This document shows, one piece after another, positions 1 to 14,872 of a DNA stretch of 64,000 nt (positions are counted from its first letter, which is position 1; each line of letters opens with the position of its first letter). The DNA is taken from the NCBI RefSeq assembly GCF_009914755.1, contig NC_060932.1. One strand, given 5' to 3'. The notes below the pieces were generated by a model. It was not told where the DNA came from and searched no databases. It saw only the letters and a program-made list of their open reading frames with translations. The translations under genes and the position numbers were made by a program. This stretch comes from the human T2T-CHM13v2.0 reference genome, Homo sapiens.

Positions 1-281
1 TATGTAAATAATTGTTGCAGTGTATTGCTTTTTTCTTTTTTTCTTTTTTTTGCTTTGTTTTTTTGAGATGAGGTCTCACTATGTTACCCAGTCTGGTCTC
101 AAACTCAAGCAATCTGCCTGCCTTTGCCTCCCATGCTGGGACTACAGGCATGAGCCACCGCGCCCAGCCTCGTTTTTTATTTTTAGTTTTTTAATGACTC
201 ATTGCTATTTTTCTTGTTTTATTTTTTCAAATATTTTCAGGTCACAGTTGGTTGAATCCACAGATGCAGAACCCACAAGGC
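1..281. mobile_element. MER2-like Tigger-derived MITE fragment, interrupted by an Alu monomer
   Basis: TATGTAAATAATTGTT and AATATTTTC...GTTGGTTGAATCCACAGATGCAGAACCC resemble the MER2 terminal region. Confidence 0.6.
29..170 (-). mobile_element. FLAM/FAM-type Alu monomer
   Basis: T-tail followed by a single antisense left arm ending GAGCCACCGCGCCCAGCC. Confidence 0.8.
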
Positions 282-284
282 CAA

Positions 285-820
285 GTGTATACCCAAAAGA
301 ATTGAAAGCAGGATCTCAAAGAGATTTCTGTACACCCATGTTCATAGTAGCATTATTTGCAACAGCCAAAAGGTGGAAACAACCCAACTGTCCATCAACA
401 AATGAAGAGATACATAAAATGCTCTGATCATGAAGTGGAATATTACTCAGCCTTAAAAAGGAAGGAAATTTGGAAACAAGCTATAACACAAGTGAACCAT
501 GAGGATCTGATGCTGAGTAAAATAAGCCCATCACTAAAGGGCAAAAATTATATGATGTTACTCACATGAGGTCCCTGAAGTAGTCAGGTCCATTGAGCTA
601 GAAAGTAAAATTACAGTTGCCAGGAGATGGTTAATGAGGAACAGGAGTTCTTGTTTAATGGGTACAGTTTCAATTTTGCAAGATGAAGAGTTCTAGAAAT
701 GGATGGCAGTGATGGTTACAAAAGAATGTGAATCTACCTATTGCCACTGAATTGTACACTTAAACACTGTTAACACTGTAAATTTTATGTTCAGTGTATT
801 TCATCAAAATTTTTAAAAGA
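285..820 (+). mobile_element. Old L1 (L1MB-like) ORF2 end and 3'UTR fragment
   Basis: Typical L1 3' motifs: TACCCAAAAGAATTGAAAGCAGG, ATGTTCATAGTAGCATTATT, GAATTGTACACTTAAA. Confidence 0.85.
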
Positions 821-827
821 ACTTAGG

Positions 828-1135
<308 letters not shown>

Positions 1136-1809
1136 TTAGGTAAGTATTATTTCCCATTTTAAAATAAGAAATAAGGCACAACGATGTTAAGTCAGGTTTT
1201 TTTTTTAGTAATATAAATTGTTTACTGCAGACCTGGGCCTAGAAACCAAACCTCCTATTTCCGGGTGTGTGATCTTCCTAGACAGCACTCACAGGTTTGC
1301 TTTCAACTTCGACTGTGACTTGAGGTTAGGAAGTCATTATAATGTGTTGCCATGGTGTCCTTCCTTATTAATAAACCTGGCCCAGTGATCTTTCCTATCT
1401 ACAAAATCAGGCTAATAGCCTTCCTTTTATGCCTCTCATAATGGTACTAAGGTGTTTTTATATTATTGACAAAGTAGTTATGGGTGAAAATATGATAGAA
1501 AGGATACGGACCGTATGACACAGCCTTCCTCACCATTAATCAGGGAGGACTTAGTGCATGATCCATGGTGGTATCTATGAATGTGAACCAAGTCTCTCCC
1601 TCTATCCCTGCACCTACAATTGATTGAACTGAAAACATCCGATGTTCCTATCTCTTTCTGTAATTGTCCTTCCTCTCTTGAACAAACTTCTTAAAGGCAA
1701 ATCTTAACATATGCTAAAAATGAAACAAATAGACCACCAAAATCTGTCTGTCCAAGAAAAGGCAATCAACCTCTATAAAATTCTTTGAAACCCTTGAGGT
1801 CACTTTCCT

Positions 1810-2600
<791 letters not shown>

Positions 2601-2699
2601 GGGTACACCTAAGATCCTGAAAAGACCCTACATAGACAATTAAGTTATGAATAAATGTTACTGGATAATGATGACGATGATCACAAGGATAATGATGAT

Positions 2700-2860
2700 G
2701 ACAATGTTAATATCTATGCAGCGCATCCTACATGTCACGTACTGAAGCCCAGAAAGTTTAAGTAATTTACCCAAGATCTTGTGGCTAATAAGTGGTAAGA
2801 CTCGACTTTCAATCCACTCAATCTGGTTCCAGAATCCATGCTTTTAACCACTACAAGATG
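2700..2860. mobile_element. MIR fragment
   Basis: Core-like TTAAGTAATTTACCCAAGATC...TCCATGCTTTTAACCACTA. Confidence 0.6.
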
Positions 2861-3248
2861 ATAATATCAAGTACAACAAACTAATATACACTGCACAAAT
2901 GAATAAACACAGATATACTCATCTTAAAGCAGCTTTGTTGATTCATTAATGAAAATTCTTATTATATGCCATCCCCAAATTGCTCCTTTATTTGAGAATT
3001 ATTTCCTTTAGGAACTGAGATTCTTACAGGTCTGGCAAACATTTGATTGGCTTCATAAGTGCCTACCTGTTACATTAAATACTGCTTGAACCATCATTAT
3101 AGCCTCCTAACAGATGCCCTTGTTTCTGATCCCTCCTCTTCACCATCCATCACACCACCATTGCAAGATGAATCTCTCTACAGTGGAGCTCTGAGCCCCT
3201 CACAGCCCTTCCCAAAGGTATTCAGTGGATCCCTAGAGCCAAACTCTG

Positions 3249-3525
3249 GGCCAGGTGCAATGGCTCACACCTGTAATCCCAATGCTTTGGGAGGCTGAGG
3301 CAGAAGGATTCCTTCTGAGACCAGCCTGGGCAACATAGTGAGACCTCATCTCTACAATAAAATTAAAATTTAAATATTAGTTGAGGATACACCTGTAGTC
3401 CCAGCTACTTGGGAGGCTGAGGCTGGAGGATCAATTCAGCCCAGGAGTTGAAGGCTGCAGTGAGCTATAATCACACCACTGCACTCCAGTTTAGGTGTCA
3501 GGGTCTATGTCTCTAAAAAAAAAAT
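3249..3525 (+). mobile_element. Alu (AluJ-like, internally deleted)
   Basis: GGCCAGGTGCAATGGCTCAC start; J-type GCTGCAGTGAGCTAT. Confidence 0.9.
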
Positions 3526-4303
3526 TAATTAATTTTTTAAAATTCAAATTCTTCAACCTGCATCTGCTCCCAGCCCTTTCCCACCTTTCCAGCACTCCCC
3601 TTCCCAAGCAAAACCCTCCAGCCAAACTAAGCACTGGTTGTCCCCTGCATGCACCTGGAATGCTCCATCTCAGTCCTTGTCACAGACTGCTCTGTTGGCC
3701 AGACACCCATCTTCTCCCATCCATCACCCAGTTCCATGTGTCTATACCAGACCTCGTCCTCAAGACTCAAGTCACATACCATGTCAATGACTCCTTCTGG
3801 ACAAGGGCTGAGCTGCCATGGATCTAGTGCAGAAGGAAAAGCTCTGGGTTTCAGGGTCTCCCCTAAAGGGAATCAGTGTAGCCCAGCCCCCCACCCAGTA
3901 GCCCCCACTTAGACCAGGGCCAATGACTAGATCCACTTCTTCCCCTACACCCCTCTTAGCCCCCTTCCTGGTGTGGGTTCACTTCCCTTTATATCTCATC
4001 TGATCAACATGATCACCGTGGACAGAATTCAAGCTCAAAAGGGAAACCTGTAACCCTATGGATGTCTGAGGCAGGGGAAGAAGGGAGGTCATTGGGAAGT
4101 GCTCACTAGTGTCCCTCCAATAGGATGCTACTGTCTTCTGATCTATTACCAAAATAACCCAAGACCCTGAAATCGAGAGCTTTTCCTTCTCAACTAGACC
4201 CATGGCAGCTCAGCCCTTGTTCAGAAGGAGCCATTGACGTGGCATGTGACTTGGGATTTGAGCCACTCGAAGTTGTTACATAATAAGAACAGGCTGACCT
4301 CTC

Positions 4304-4612
4304 TTGGTTTGTTGGTTGGTTGGTTTTGAGACGCCATCTCACTCTGTCACCCAGGCTAGAGTGCAGCGGCGGGATCTCAGCTCACTGCAAGCTCTGCCTT
4401 CCAGGTTCATGCCATTCTCCTGCCTCAGCCTCCTGAGTAGCTGGGACTACAGGCACCTGCCACCAAGCCCGGCTAATTTTCTGTATTTTTAGTACAGACA
4501 GGTTTTCACCATGTTAGCCAGGATGGTCTTGATCTCCTGACCTCATGATCCACCCGCCTGGGCCTCCCAAAGTGCTGGGATTACCGGTGGGTGTGAGCCA
4601 CCATGCCCAGCC
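4304..4612 (-). mobile_element. Alu (AluY/Sc-like) with (TTGG)n tail
   Basis: Diagnostic segments CTGCAAGCTC and GTTAGCCAGGATGGTCT. Confidence 0.93.
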
Positions 4613-5379
4613 CTCTCTTTGTTTTTAGTGCTCCTCAGACCTTCAGGTAACTGGAGAGTTGGTTACTACTGACTGCACAGCACCTTCCACAGTAAAACAA
4701 AGTTTAATCAATACAAGAAATCCTCTCATGGTCTGCATGTCTCCCTGATTGATACAAAGTTATCAGATTCATTCACTCAGAACAACATATTCTACACCAA
4801 GTAATTTTTGTGATTAAGTTTAGTTCTCTACAAAGTACGTTACAATTAACAGTGTTTTTTAGGAAACTGCCCATGCACTGGCTTTCCTCCCTTATCCTAC
4901 ACGCAGCTCTCAGGAGCCTCTTACATAGTACGGGTGCATATCTGGCAGTGACATCTTTCCTGAGAGCTGTCAGACCCTTGAGGGTATCATCTATGTCTGA
5001 TTTGCTCTTCCAGCCCCACTCAGTAAGCCTAACACACTACACTGCACATGGGAGATCTTACTTTTTAAAGTTTTGAATGAATGAAAGAATGAGAATGCTC
5101 TGAATTAACCAAGCTTGATGGTTAATTACATAATTACATGGATCATTCTTATTCTCTTCTCTCCCTCCTTTCCTCTCTTCCATTTCCCCCAGTCCCTGGA
5201 AAAACAAGGCACTAAACGAATGTGCTGCCAAAGGAGAAAGAAGAAAGGTAACAGGGCATTTGAATCACAGACCCTTCCAGGCCGATATTATATTGTTAGA
5301 TGGAGAAGAAATTTTGAATTTTTCCAAAGTACCATTAATACTTTTTAAAAATAAATTTCTTGCATATCAAAACCACAGT

Positions 5380-6230
5380 CATCTATCACTTCACACCTTA
5401 AGATGGCTGTGATGAAAAAGTCAAAAATATCAAGTGTTGTCGAGGACTTGGAGAAAAGGGAATCCATATACATTGTTGATAGGAGTGTAAACTGGTATAG
5501 CCATTATGGAAAACAGTATTGAGGTTCTTCAAAAATTAAAAATGGAACTACTCTATGATCCAGCACTCTCACTTCTGGGTATATACACAAGGAAATAAAA
5601 TCACTTTTTCAAAGAGATACCTGCACTATTTTCACTGCAGCATTATTCACAATAAGATATGGAAACAATTTAAGTACCCATAGACGGATGGATGGATGGA
5701 TGGGTGGATAAATGGATGGATGGATGGAGAAAATGTGATATATACATAAAACAGAATATTATTTACCTTAAAAAAGTAGAAAATCCTGCCATTTGTGATA
5801 ACAAGGATGAACCTGGAGGACATTATGCTAAGTGAAACAACCTAGACATGGAAAGAAAAACATTGCTCAATCTCATTTCAATATGGAAGTTTTAAAAGTT
5901 GAACTCAAACAGACTAAAAGGGTAGTTACTGTGTGAAAACAGAGTTGGGAAATGGGGAGATTTTGCTTAAATGATGCAAACTTTCCATTACAAGATGAAT
6001 AAGTTCTGGTAACCTACATCATAGTGACTGTAGTTAATACACGTATTGCCCACTTAAAATGTGCTAAGAGGGTAGATCTTAAGTATTTGCACCACAAAAA
6101 GGTACTATGTGAGGTGATAATTAGCTTGATTATGGTAATCATTTCACAACATATACCAAAGCATCACATTGTACACCTTAACTGTATGTAATTTTTGCCA
6201 ATTATACTTCAATAAACTTGGGGGAAAAAC
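5380..6230 (+). mobile_element. Old L1 (L1MA/MB-like) 3' fragment
   Basis: ORF2 C-terminal remnant (CCATTATGGAAAACAGT), L1 3'UTR and terminal CAATAAA. Confidence 0.88.
5686..5727 (+). repeat. (GGAT)n microsatellite
   Basis: Imperfect GGAT tetranucleotide array inside the L1. Confidence 0.9.
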
Positions 6231-6456
6231 AAATAGAAAGTAAATCAGTAATTCTACCTTAAGGATAGTAACTCAAGGGTAGCTATTTATGCAAAGACTT
6301 ACATCAAGAATTCCATTAACTCAGGGAAAAACTGGAAACAATTTAAATGTTCAATAATTATTTTCTAATGCATTTTTATGCATCCATTCAATGACATGTT
6401 TTTGAATAATATTTAGAAGGAAAAAGCTCATCATTTGAATTTTAAAATCCAGGGAA

Positions 6457-6751
<295 letters not shown>

Positions 6752-7718
6752 TCCAGAGAAAAAAATGTAAGGCTAGAGTTTCAAAAATTGTACATGACAT
6801 ATTATGAATAGATGTTTAATATATAAATACAACCATAAACATAAAAGTAAAGCAACATTCCAGAATGTTGATGCTAGTTAAAGCTGAATAATCGAATGAC
6901 AGGGCACGACTAATTTTCATTTTCTTTCATTTCCTCGATTATCTTCAATTACCTTGTATTACTTGATTATCTGAATCCCCGAACCTCCCCTCCAACATGA
7001 AGACAAAGGCAAAAAAATCTGGAGGTGCAGTAGCTACAAATAAACCCAGACATGGAAAAATACTAATCAGATCAAATAAAAACTAAAATAGATTTCTCCA
7101 CCTCCCAATCATACAGGGCCCTTACAAAGCAAATAGCATGCAAGGATGACAACGGGGGACAGCTGTGTGAGGCCTTATGTCTTTGTGAACTCACCAAGCC
7201 TTCCCCAATGTCATAGTTAATTCATTTAGATTAGGGAGAATTCTGCTTCATGCTCTAAAGGTATTTTACAAAAAGGCAGTCATTGTCCCTGTGGTTTGTG
7301 AACTGAAGCCAGGCTCAATCTGTATCTGTATTGTCATAAAGAGAATTTCCTCCACATCCTCAAAGGAAGTGTTACTTCCTAAAAGGAAAACTGCGGCGGA
7401 GGCTGGGGAAACCTAAGAGAGCAGTGGAGCCACGGCAGCCCATGAGGTCAAGGAATTGAATAACACAGGCACTAAAATCAGACACTGGAATACACTGAAT
7501 CAGGTTTAAAGGAGTGCCTTTTCCTAGCCCCAAGTCCACAAAACACCCAGAAGGACATCTCTTTAGCCTCCAACCACAAGGGAAGAAGAGGAATCATTTT
7601 AATGGGGAACAAGTAAATAGCAATAATAAATGTTGGCAGTGGGGTACCTACCAGAGCATCTGCAGGTCAGGCTCCTCCTTGTGTGTGAAGCCCAAACCCC
7701 AGACATCAGGTGTGGGCA

Positions 7719-7935
7719 CTCCCGGCTCAAGCAATCCTCCTCACCAAGCCTCCCTAGTAGCTGGCACTACAGGCGTGCACCACCATGCCTGGCTACATTT
7801 TTTTAAATCTTTTGTAGAGACAGGATCTTGCTATGTTGCCCAGGCTGGTTTTGAACTCATGTCCTCAAGTGATTCTCCCTGCCTGGCCTCCCAAAGTGCT
7901 GAGATTACAGGTGTGAGCAACTACACCTCTTTGGC
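7719..7935 (-). mobile_element. Truncated Alu (AluJ-like)
   Basis: Antisense left arm plus partial right arm, no tail. Confidence 0.85.
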
Positions 7936-8724
7936 CTCGTATCTGATCAAAATCGACACCAGGACAGTCCTAGAGCTAAAAATATTTCACATAAGGGAAG
8001 CTGGTAACACTAAGGATATGTGAGATGGGGGAAGGAGAGAGGCCGGGAAGCTCTTACCAGCACCCAGGGATTCATCTAGTAGGAGGTTACTGCCTTTCTG
8101 ATCTATTCACCAAGACAATCCAAGTCAGGTAACTCCAGAAGGTAGCTCAAGAGAAAAGTAGCATGGGGTGTAAACAGGATTTGAAAACACCAACAGTGTC
8201 CATGGAAATACTGGTGCTAAAGCCAGGAAATTCTTGGTTGGTTGACAGATCAAGCAGTTCTACATCCATAAGTGTTCTATAATTAGGCATAACAAATTAC
8301 AACTTTTAAATCTCAATTAATAGCTCTGTGAACTAAGGGACCCGATAAAACCACAGTAGCCAACCTCTTTACTAGTTATTTCTGATACCCCGAATAGAAC
8401 TGCATGTAAATAATACAGTATCAGACATGCAGCCATTTTTATTTAAAGTCATTGATCAAAAGGAAGGAATTAGGGAGAAAATCATTCTGGAGTAGAAATC
8501 CTCTACAATTTATCATTTGAACCAGTACATGCCTAGAGTAAAAGAAGTCACTATTAATAACTGTTGGGACCACTGACACAAATTGAGATTGTCCCAGGCC
8601 AATCAGGGTATTAAATCACCCTCTACAAGAGCTACACGCAATGGAAGACTAGATAAACAGTATATGTTTAACTAATATGCTTTTTTTAATCCACAAAAAA
8701 ACCCCTAAACTATATTAGCTATAA

Positions 8725-9025
8725 GGCCGGGTGTGGTGGCTCACACCTGTAATCCCAACATTTTGGGAGGCTGATGTGTGTGGATCACTTGAGGTCAGGA
8801 GATCGAGATCAGCCTGGCCAAGATGGTGAAACCCTGTCTCTACTAAAAATACAAAAAGTAGCCGGGCGTGATGGCGCATGCCTGTAGTCCCAGCTACTTG
8901 GGAGGCTAAGGCTGGAGAATCGCTTGAACCCAAGGAGGGGGAGGCAGAGGTTGCAGTGAGCTGAGATGGCGCCATTGCACTCCAGCCTGGGTGACGGAGC
9001 GAGACTCCATCTCAAAAAAGAAAAA
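8725..9025 (+). mobile_element. Alu (AluS-like)
   Basis: Dimer; TSD AAACTATATTAGCTATAA / AAACTATATTAGATATAA. Confidence 0.95.
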
Positions 9026-10284
9026 CTATATTAGATATAAACAACAAAAAAACACTGCTGCTCCACCCTGAGAAAGGATGAGCTGAGCAGAGGAAGGAAC
9101 ACAGACAGGTGCTAAGGAGGGGGAACTGAGAACGGGAGGAAAGCAGTTTAATTTGGTTCTGAGGTCAAGGTAACTGGTCACATTGCCCTGTTTTATTTTG
9201 ACATTCTAATGGTGAAATTATGCAAATGTTTCTTACATGCAAAGAAATGTGCACAGCACGTAGGTCTGAGTTATGGGACATTCCAGCAGACTCAGCACCT
9301 AGGAGCCCACTGCATCACCTGGGATGCCCATCAGCGTGAGGTATTTTCACCTCTATCATCAGTAGCCATGTCAAAACTGATCCATTGATTAACAGCTACC
9401 CCAGATTTTAGGATATTTTCCTGAAAGTCACATGGGTTCCATTATGAGTAATATATTCACAGCGGCACACTGTGGAGGGGAGGCTGTCCTCACAAGCCAA
9501 CCAAGTGAAATAAAGCAGCATAGCTCCAACTACTCAGCTACAAAACCTGCTGCCTGCTGGGTCACAGCGAGTTAGGAAGATCACATCCTCAAGGTATGTG
9601 TGAACCCTTCCATTAAAAGAACTCAGCAAATATGAGCTGAGGACTCAGCACCAGGTTCCAAATGTGCAAGGCAGGAGATGGGGAAGACTTCCTCCTCATT
9701 ACTGCTCCATCCTCTCCCCATTCCACTGGCCGTTCTGTCCACTCCCCGGGACTGTTTAAACCAACAAGAACACAGAGCTTCAGGAGGAAAAAGTGCCGTT
9801 GTTAGCACTGAGTGGAGGGGCAGGTGAGTGCTCCCTATTCCTGGAAGGTCTGGTGCCCTCTCTTGTCCCTCTCATGGTGTCCCAAGGAGGTACAAATTCT
9901 AATTCCATCATGTACCACATATGTGGACTTGCACGTGTCATTTAACTGCTCAGAGCCTGTTTCACCATCTGTATGATCATCCCCATTCCACAGGAAAGAT
10001 CACATTAGATAAAGTACATGAATGTACCTTAAAGCTGACTATTATCATATTTATGTCTGTATTTTTATGGTTATTATTATTATTACTCATTTGGAGATGC
10101 TGAGGGCAAGATCAGGAAACAGGAACAGGGCTGGATTCAAGAACGAGCTGCCAGCCTGTGTTCCGATTACATACTTGCCAAGAGGTGGGTACAGCTATGC
10201 TGGAAAGAAGCTAACTCTTCTCCAGGTCTTAGAAAAAGGACTCAAGCCTATGCTCAGTATCCCTTCAATGCATCTTGATATCAG

Positions 10285-10655
10285 AATTCATTCTCATTTA
10301 ACAAATACGTTATATGTATATATTATACCAGGCACTGTCGTAGGCATCAGGCCTGCCTTCAAGGGGCTTATATTCTAGTGAAGGGAGGAAGAGACAATAG
10401 AAAGCAAACAAATTAACAGATGATTTCACAAAAGTCTAGGGCTAGCAAGGAAATAAGTAGGATGTCATGCTTTGGGTTAGCTGGTGAAGGGTGGGGATCT
10501 GTTTTAGAAAGGATGATCAAGGAAGGCCTTTCTCAGGAGAAATGAACTGAGAGAATGAAGTGGTTCCTACAGAGGGAACAGCAAGTGCTCCTGAGGCTGG
10601 AAAGCCCTTGGTGACTTCTGGAACCTAGAGGAAGGCCAAAATAGCTTGTTGCTTT
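10285..10655. mobile_element. L2 fragment
   Basis: L2-like ATTCATTCTCATTTAACAAATA...CCAGGCACTGT...GGAAGGCCTTTCT. Confidence 0.6.
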
Positions 10656-10659
10656 CCAA

Positions 10660-10830
10660 GTGGTGCTTCTCAACTTGGCACTCAGTGGTATCACCACGAG
10701 GGCATTAGGCACTATGGAGGTTTGAGCCTGCCCCCCCGCCCAGAGTCTGATGTCATTGTCTGGGTGTGGCATGGGGAGTTTTCCAAGTCCCCCAGGTATG
10801 TCTAATGCACAGCGCAGGATGACAGGCAGG
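10660..10830. mobile_element. MER5A-like hAT-Charlie MITE
   Basis: GTGCTTCTCAACTT...TCTGATGTCATTGTCTGGGTGTGG...CCCCAGGTATGTCTAATGCACAGC. Confidence 0.6.
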
Positions 10831-12769
10831 TCAGGTAAGATTGTAAGTGGACGCAGGACAGAGCTCTAGGGCACTCTGGGACTGAGTGCCTTCCACTCCT
10901 AAAGGCCCCTACAGTACATTTGCTCCAGTCTGCAACCAGACCAGATGCAAAGTCAAAGCTGGGTTGGGTCCACAGCAGATGTAAATGACTAATTACTTCT
11001 TACTTTCATTTCACAGCTTGGAAGGAGGCAAGACATGTGTGAAATATTTACTCCCCACAGGCTTAATTTTTCCTCCTTAAGAAATACTTCTAGGAAAACA
11101 CTGCAACAAAACCAGTTTCATCCGTATCCCTGGAAATTATCTGTGACTTCTGATTCAAAATGTTAGAGAAAAAGAAACCCAAAAAGCCATAAATTAATTA
11201 TAATTTTCTCTGTCATTCCATAAAACGCATAATTAAAAATTAACACAGCATGACTATATATGGGGAGTGAATAGGGTCTATAATCCATTTGTCAAGAACT
11301 AATTACCAGCTGAGAGTCAGTTCAGCAAGATTGCTGCAGTCATCTAGTTTGTTTTATAGCACCTATGATAAAGCAGTGAAATCATCTGAAAAAAGGATGG
11401 TTCCTGTAAAAGAAATAGATCGCCTTAACAACGCTATGCTTGGTGACACGAAACACACCAAGTTCACAATCGTGGCTTCTTCTGAGGAGGGAAGGGAGAG
11501 GAACAAAGAGTACATTGGTCAGAAATATTTTATTTCTTTCATTTAAAAACAAATCTGAAGCAAACAGGGCACAATGTTAATATGTATTAGTTCTAGGGTA
11601 GGGAGTGGTCCACGAGTTCTTGTTTTATTACTCTCTGTACTTTTCTGGATGGAAAAAAAAAGAAATGAGAACATGTTTGAAGGGTAAAAATCCTTCCTTT
11701 AACACTTCTTGCATAATGTGTGAAATTGAGTAGAAACCCTATAATTACTTCTTACCATTACTGTTTGCCAGTTTCAGAGGCAATGCTCCTGAAATCATCA
11801 TAAGCATTTGCGCTCCTGTTATATTTATACATGAAGGCCAAGGAGGTGCTGGTAAACACAGCCTAGATTGTCTCTTTCACATTCTCTTTCTTTATTCGAT
11901 TGCATCACTACCGTATGCTCCTCTCTGATTTTTTTTTTCCTCAAAAGTACTGCCTGAAAGAAGGATTAGTAAGACAGTCTCCACATGCTTCAAGGAAGAT
12001 TGGCCCTGTGGTTCATTGCCCCACCCACCCCCTGCTGCTATTCTAGAACTGTTTGGTCAACCTTTACATATTCATTTTTTTCTTAATTTATGCTTTAAAT
12101 ATAAATATATTTCCAAAGGCAATATAGCTTTAGATTTTTATATGTCTTTAAAGGATAATTCATAGTCCTTTTGCTAAGTCAGGCCCAATAAAAAGTAAGC
12201 AGTCATCAACAGTGATAGTCGAGTTGTGCTGGGAGGAAAAAAAGATAGAAGCTGAAAGTTTTAAAACCGATATTTTTATCCTGAAATATTTATTAATCAA
12301 TTTTAAAGCAGTGGAAAACATTTCCCTCCTGCAGGAGGGTGGGGCAAGGAAGAAGTAGAAAAAGAGACAAAGGAAGAGAGTGTAACAAGTTCAACAATAA
12401 ATTTTAAGACAATTCACTTTGGTGATGAAATATAGGAGACCAAACCCTGTGTGCCAAGTAGCAGGAATTAATGTATTTCAACAGCGTGGCGTCTATTTAA
12501 GGGAACATGGCAAATAAAGCAAACTTATATGGAAGCTTTTACAGTATAACCCCCTAAATCAGCATTATTATCCATGTAAAAATTAATATATTTCAGAAAT
12601 GTACTTGCCAAATGGATCTTAGGCTATAAAAGAATGAACATTGAGAAGCAAAAAGCCTAACACCTGGCAGATGCCTGCAGCTGAAGAAGGGAATCTCAAT
12701 ATGACATCTCACAGGTGACCAGAGCATCATCCCAATAATTCACTTCCATTCCAGCCTTCATTGACATGC

Positions 12770-12822
12770 CCACCTGTAGCCACTTCACTCCTCTTTGTCG
12801 TGGTGTCCCATACTCTTCAAAA
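12770..12822 (-). other. CYRIB: Small non-coding 5'UTR exon (49 or 53 nt)
   Basis: Minus strand: pyrimidine tract and acceptor GTTCGTTTATCCTTTCCTAG|TTTTGAAG at 12822. Donor is CAG|GTGGGC (end 12774) or TGG|GCATGT (end 12770). Body is purine-rich and ESE-like. Confidence 0.55.
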
Positions 12823-13020
12823 CTAGGAAAGGATAAACGAACAGTGTGTGGCACCTCCAACATGCCAGGCACTACTGGGATGGTCACTTTTCAATTATCT
12901 TAATATCTTATCTCATTGAACCTTCCCACTAACTCTAAAGGTGGTGCTAAACCCATTGGACAGATGTGGAAGCAGCACGCCCAACATCACAGAAATAATA
13001 AGTGGTGAAGCCGGGGTTAG

Positions 13021-13330
<310 letters not shown>

Positions 13331-14417
13331 AGAACTCAGAGCTCTTCAACACTAAAACTCATGCTCATTGTTGTACCAAGCTTCACAGGAACAGTTGGAG
13401 GATGGAAGTACCTAGAGATTTTAGCTGTCTGTAGTAGGGAACCAGGAAAAGAATATAATGGCAGCATTTTAAACTCATGGTGCCTACCTCTAGCCACTGA
13501 GTACTCTCTTCCTGAACATTCACTCTGCTTGTTCTCCAAGGGCCCAAGTAGGCCTTGCTGTGCTTCTACCAAACTCAGCATATCCTAAAATCATCCCTGC
13601 AAATCTCTTCCTTATTGCCACCAAGTCTCTGCACTCTAACTACCGCCATTACACAAAAGAAATGCCAACCACTGCGTTTCTTAAAATGCAGTGCCTTCCT
13701 GGCCAAAACAGCACCAGAACACAACAGAACCAAAATGCATGGATGGACAGCACCTGTTACCTTGCTAAAGACAGATGAGCATCTCACTGAGGCAGCTAAA
13801 GGCATAGACAGTTAACAGAGATGGAATATCTAAAATGTGCAGAGGGCCAAGCTTGGCAAGAAACATCCAAGTGCAGTTGGAAACAATGAACCCAATCCTG
13901 ACTGATGTTAAGGCTCCTGGTGGACCCTATGCAGAACATTCTAAAACATCATTGTAAGGAAGCATGGTTACAATCTTACCCTCAAAACGAAAAAATACTA
14001 TTTTCACAAAACAGCCTGGAATATTCTCTCTTCCTCCCATCTTTCCAGTGCTTTATCTCACCTCTTTCAGAAAACATTGCCTGATTACTCTCCATCCCCA
14101 TTTCCTCTGATTGTAATGGTTTTCTCTGTACTGCAAGATCCTAAATCATCTCACTAGGAAGTGCCTCTGGACCCTGTGAAGGGTGCACAGAGCAGCTGAA
14201 TCATTTCCACTCTCAGGATGGTGAGCCGCGCTGGGCAGACAGGAATAGCGAACCACATAAAAGATATAACTTGTTTGAAGGGCATGACAGAGTGCTGAGA
14301 GGAGGGAATTCCATTATGAAAGGCTTCAGGTAGGAGGCAGGACTCAAGTGCACTTCAGAGAGTGAGTTGGATTTCCCTAGAAGAAAATTGTATAAAGAGG
14401 GATGAAGACTTAGTAAG

Positions 14418-14872
14418 TGTTATGCGTTGAATTGTGTCCCCACTAAAAAAGATAGGTGGAAGTCCTCACCCACAGTAGCTCACAATGCATCCTTTTTTGG
14501 AAATAAGGTTGCTTCAGATGTGGTTAGTTAAGATGAGGCCATACCGGAGCAAGTGGGCCCCTGGATCCCATGTGAATGGTATCCTTATGAGAACACAGAG
14601 ACACACACAGAATGTCATGTGATGAAAAAGGCAGACACTGGACTGCTGCAGCTGCAAGCCAAGAAACACCAAAGATTGCTGGCAAGCGACAAGAAGCTAG
14701 AAAGTGGCAAGGAAGGACCCCCTATGGGTTTCAGAGGGGATCTCGCCCTGAGGACACCTTAATTCCAGACATCCAGCCTCGAGATCTGCAAGACCACACA
14801 TTTCAGTTGAAATTAATTTCAATACGTTTTTGCTACTATGAAGTTTGTGGTATTTTGCCAGGGCAGCCCCAG
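14418..14872 (+). mobile_element. MLT1 (MLT1C-like) solo LTR
   Basis: Starts TGTTATGCGTTGAATTGTGTCCCC; contains TTTGGAAATAAGG and GCTGCAAGCCAAG; ends GTTTGTGGTATTTT. Confidence 0.8.
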
